A stretch of DNA of 43,063 nt, from IMG/VR virus record IMGVR_UViG_3300020049_009769, positions 1 through 43,063 of that record. One strand, 5' to 3'. Below are positions 42,173-43,063 of this stretch, in pieces (position 1 is the stretch's first letter; every line of letters begins with the position of its first letter). The notes beneath the pieces are model-generated. The model made no database searches and was not told the origin of the DNA. It saw only the letters and a list, made by a program, of their open reading frames with translations. Source of the DNA: a virus. The position numbers and the translations under genes were made by a program.

Positions 42173-42703
42173 ATGAGCATCAATATTAAGCATTTTTATG
42201 ATTTTGTGATTACACCTGCATGTTTAAGATTAAGCAGCGCGAGACCTGCAATAGATAGCCCGGTAGCCAGAAAGCTTGTTTTATTTACTTTCTGCCAAGA
42301 GTCTTTAGCGGGTATGTATTTGCGACAAGTTGTTCCCGGGGGTTCTTATGGGGTGGGGCGCGGTGTATTTATGTGCGAACCAAACACGCATGAATGGATT
42401 TGGAAAGAATTGTCTAGACAAGAAAACAACACGCTTAGGGAGTCGGTTCTAGGTGAGCTTCCCCGTAATGCGGTTTATCCTTATAACGACCAGCTAATGA
42501 GTAATTTAATTTATGCAGCTATGATTTGTCGCTTACGTTATTGGTTTGTTAGGGCTGCATTACCTGAAAATAATTTAGAAGCTATAGCAAATTATTGGGG
42601 TAAATACTATCAGACTGACGACCAGGACTTAAGTAAGCTTGGCGCAAAAGAAATTCAATTTATAGAAAACGTTAAACGATTAGCGCCGGAGTTTGTTAAA
42701 TGA
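42173..42703 (+). CDS. Putative lytic-transglycosylase-like endolysin, 176 aa
   Basis: FCQESLAG...GVGRGVFMCEPNTHEW resembles the SLT E-S...GxxGLMQxxPxT arrangement; followed by three small TM proteins. Confidence 0.45.
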   Translation: MSINIKHFYDFVITPACLRLSSARPAIDSPVARKLVLFTFCQESLAGMYLRQVVPGGSYGVGRGVFMCEPNTHEWIWKELSRQENNTLRESVLGELPRNAVYPYNDQLMSNLIYAAMICRLRYWFVRAALPENNLEAIANYWGKYYQTDDQDLSKLGAKEIQFIENVKRLAPEFVK

Positions 42704-42975
42704 TTTATGATAGCGCGCCATCAGATTTTTTAAATGAAAAAATTGAGATTGTAATTACAAGATTTGTGCCTGATTTAGAAAACCCAGGCTCAGATAGTGG
42801 TTTATATGGCATAAATGTTCGCACTCAATTTGAAGAGGGTGTTTGGTATTCCTACGGCATTCCTGACCCTGTTACAGTAGAGTCCGTTATCGAAAAGCTT
42901 ATGGGTGTTTACAATACGGCTAAAAAGCAAAATGAAATGAGAAAAGATACATTGATTACGGAGTTTGTTAAATGA
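42700..42975 (+). CDS. Hypothetical protein, 91 aa
   Basis: ORF track; no TM segment; ends in EFVK like the endolysin candidate. Confidence 0.65.
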   Translation: MIYDSAPSDFLNEKIEIVITRFVPDLENPGSDSGLYGINVRTQFEEGVWYSYGIPDPVTVESVIEKLMGVYNTAKKQNEMRKDTLITEFVK

Positions 42976-43063
42976 GCTCAGATTGTTGTGATGGTTTTTT
43001 AACTGTTCTTTTTCTTATACTAATATTTGTATCAGTTAGACATACTTGCCATTATGTACATGA
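42943..43063. repeat. Terminal overlap, identical to 1-121
   Basis: Read directly. Confidence 0.95.
42972..43063 (+). CDS. 5' part of the 47-aa TM protein gene, truncated by the window end (complete copy at 30-173)
   Basis: Same sequence as 30-121. Confidence 0.6.
   Translation, partial: MSSDCCDGFLTVLFLILIFVSVRHTCHYVH

Noticed and set aside
1-43063. Searched by eye for CRISPR arrays, integrase/attP, a CI-type repressor, transposases/IS ends, a reverse transcriptase/DGR (given the repeat-bearing fibre genes), homing endonucleases, and a DNA polymerase or primase.
   Set aside because: None found. No regularly spaced identical repeats with unique spacers. No tyrosine or serine recombinase-sized ORF or motifs. 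No RT motifs, so the fibre repeats are ordinary duplications rather than DGR template/variable repeats. The tRNA-like element has both acceptor strands, so it is not a partial tRNA attP core.

Overview
The window is a complete phage genome. Bases 1-121 are identical to 42943-43063, so the contig closes on itself (about 42.94 kb unique). The junction falls inside ORFs, which indicates a circular or permuted assembly rather than a physical end.

Layout:
(i) A roughly 27.8-kb minus-strand transcription block runs from a near-consensus promoter at ~29.17 kb. It passes through small genes (RusA resolvase, Zn-ribbon proteins), terS, a 387-bp ORF-free gap holding a plus-strand tRNA-like gene, and terL. 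It continues through a P22-type portal, scaffold, coat, gp4-/gp10-like head-completion/tail-hub proteins, three ejection-type proteins and a large multi-gene tail fibre/tailspike cluster ending at ~1.36 kb.
(ii) A visibly more AT-rich plus-strand early operon (29.48-36.9 kb) holds about 27 small ORFs packed with paralog families, including five DUF2829 (Tad2-like) genes in six consecutive positions.
(iii) A lambda-O-like replication initiator (minus strand) carries iterons plus an AT-rich tract inside its own coding sequence. An apparent antisense small RNA lies in its upstream region.
(iv) A plus-strand operon (39.1 kb, wrapping to 1.2 kb) sits behind a consensus promoter and a ~240-nt structured leader that ends in a terminator. 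It encodes a Sak4-type ATPase, a Gp157-like protein, a DUF669-like protein ending in the host SSB tail DFDDDIPF, an SLT-like endolysin candidate, three small membrane proteins, and a repeat-flanked HD-domain small alarmone hydrolase.

I saw no integrase, CI-sized repressor, transposase, CRISPR array, rRNA, DNA polymerase or reverse transcriptase. All family calls come from motif recognition and synteny by eye, because no searches could be run.
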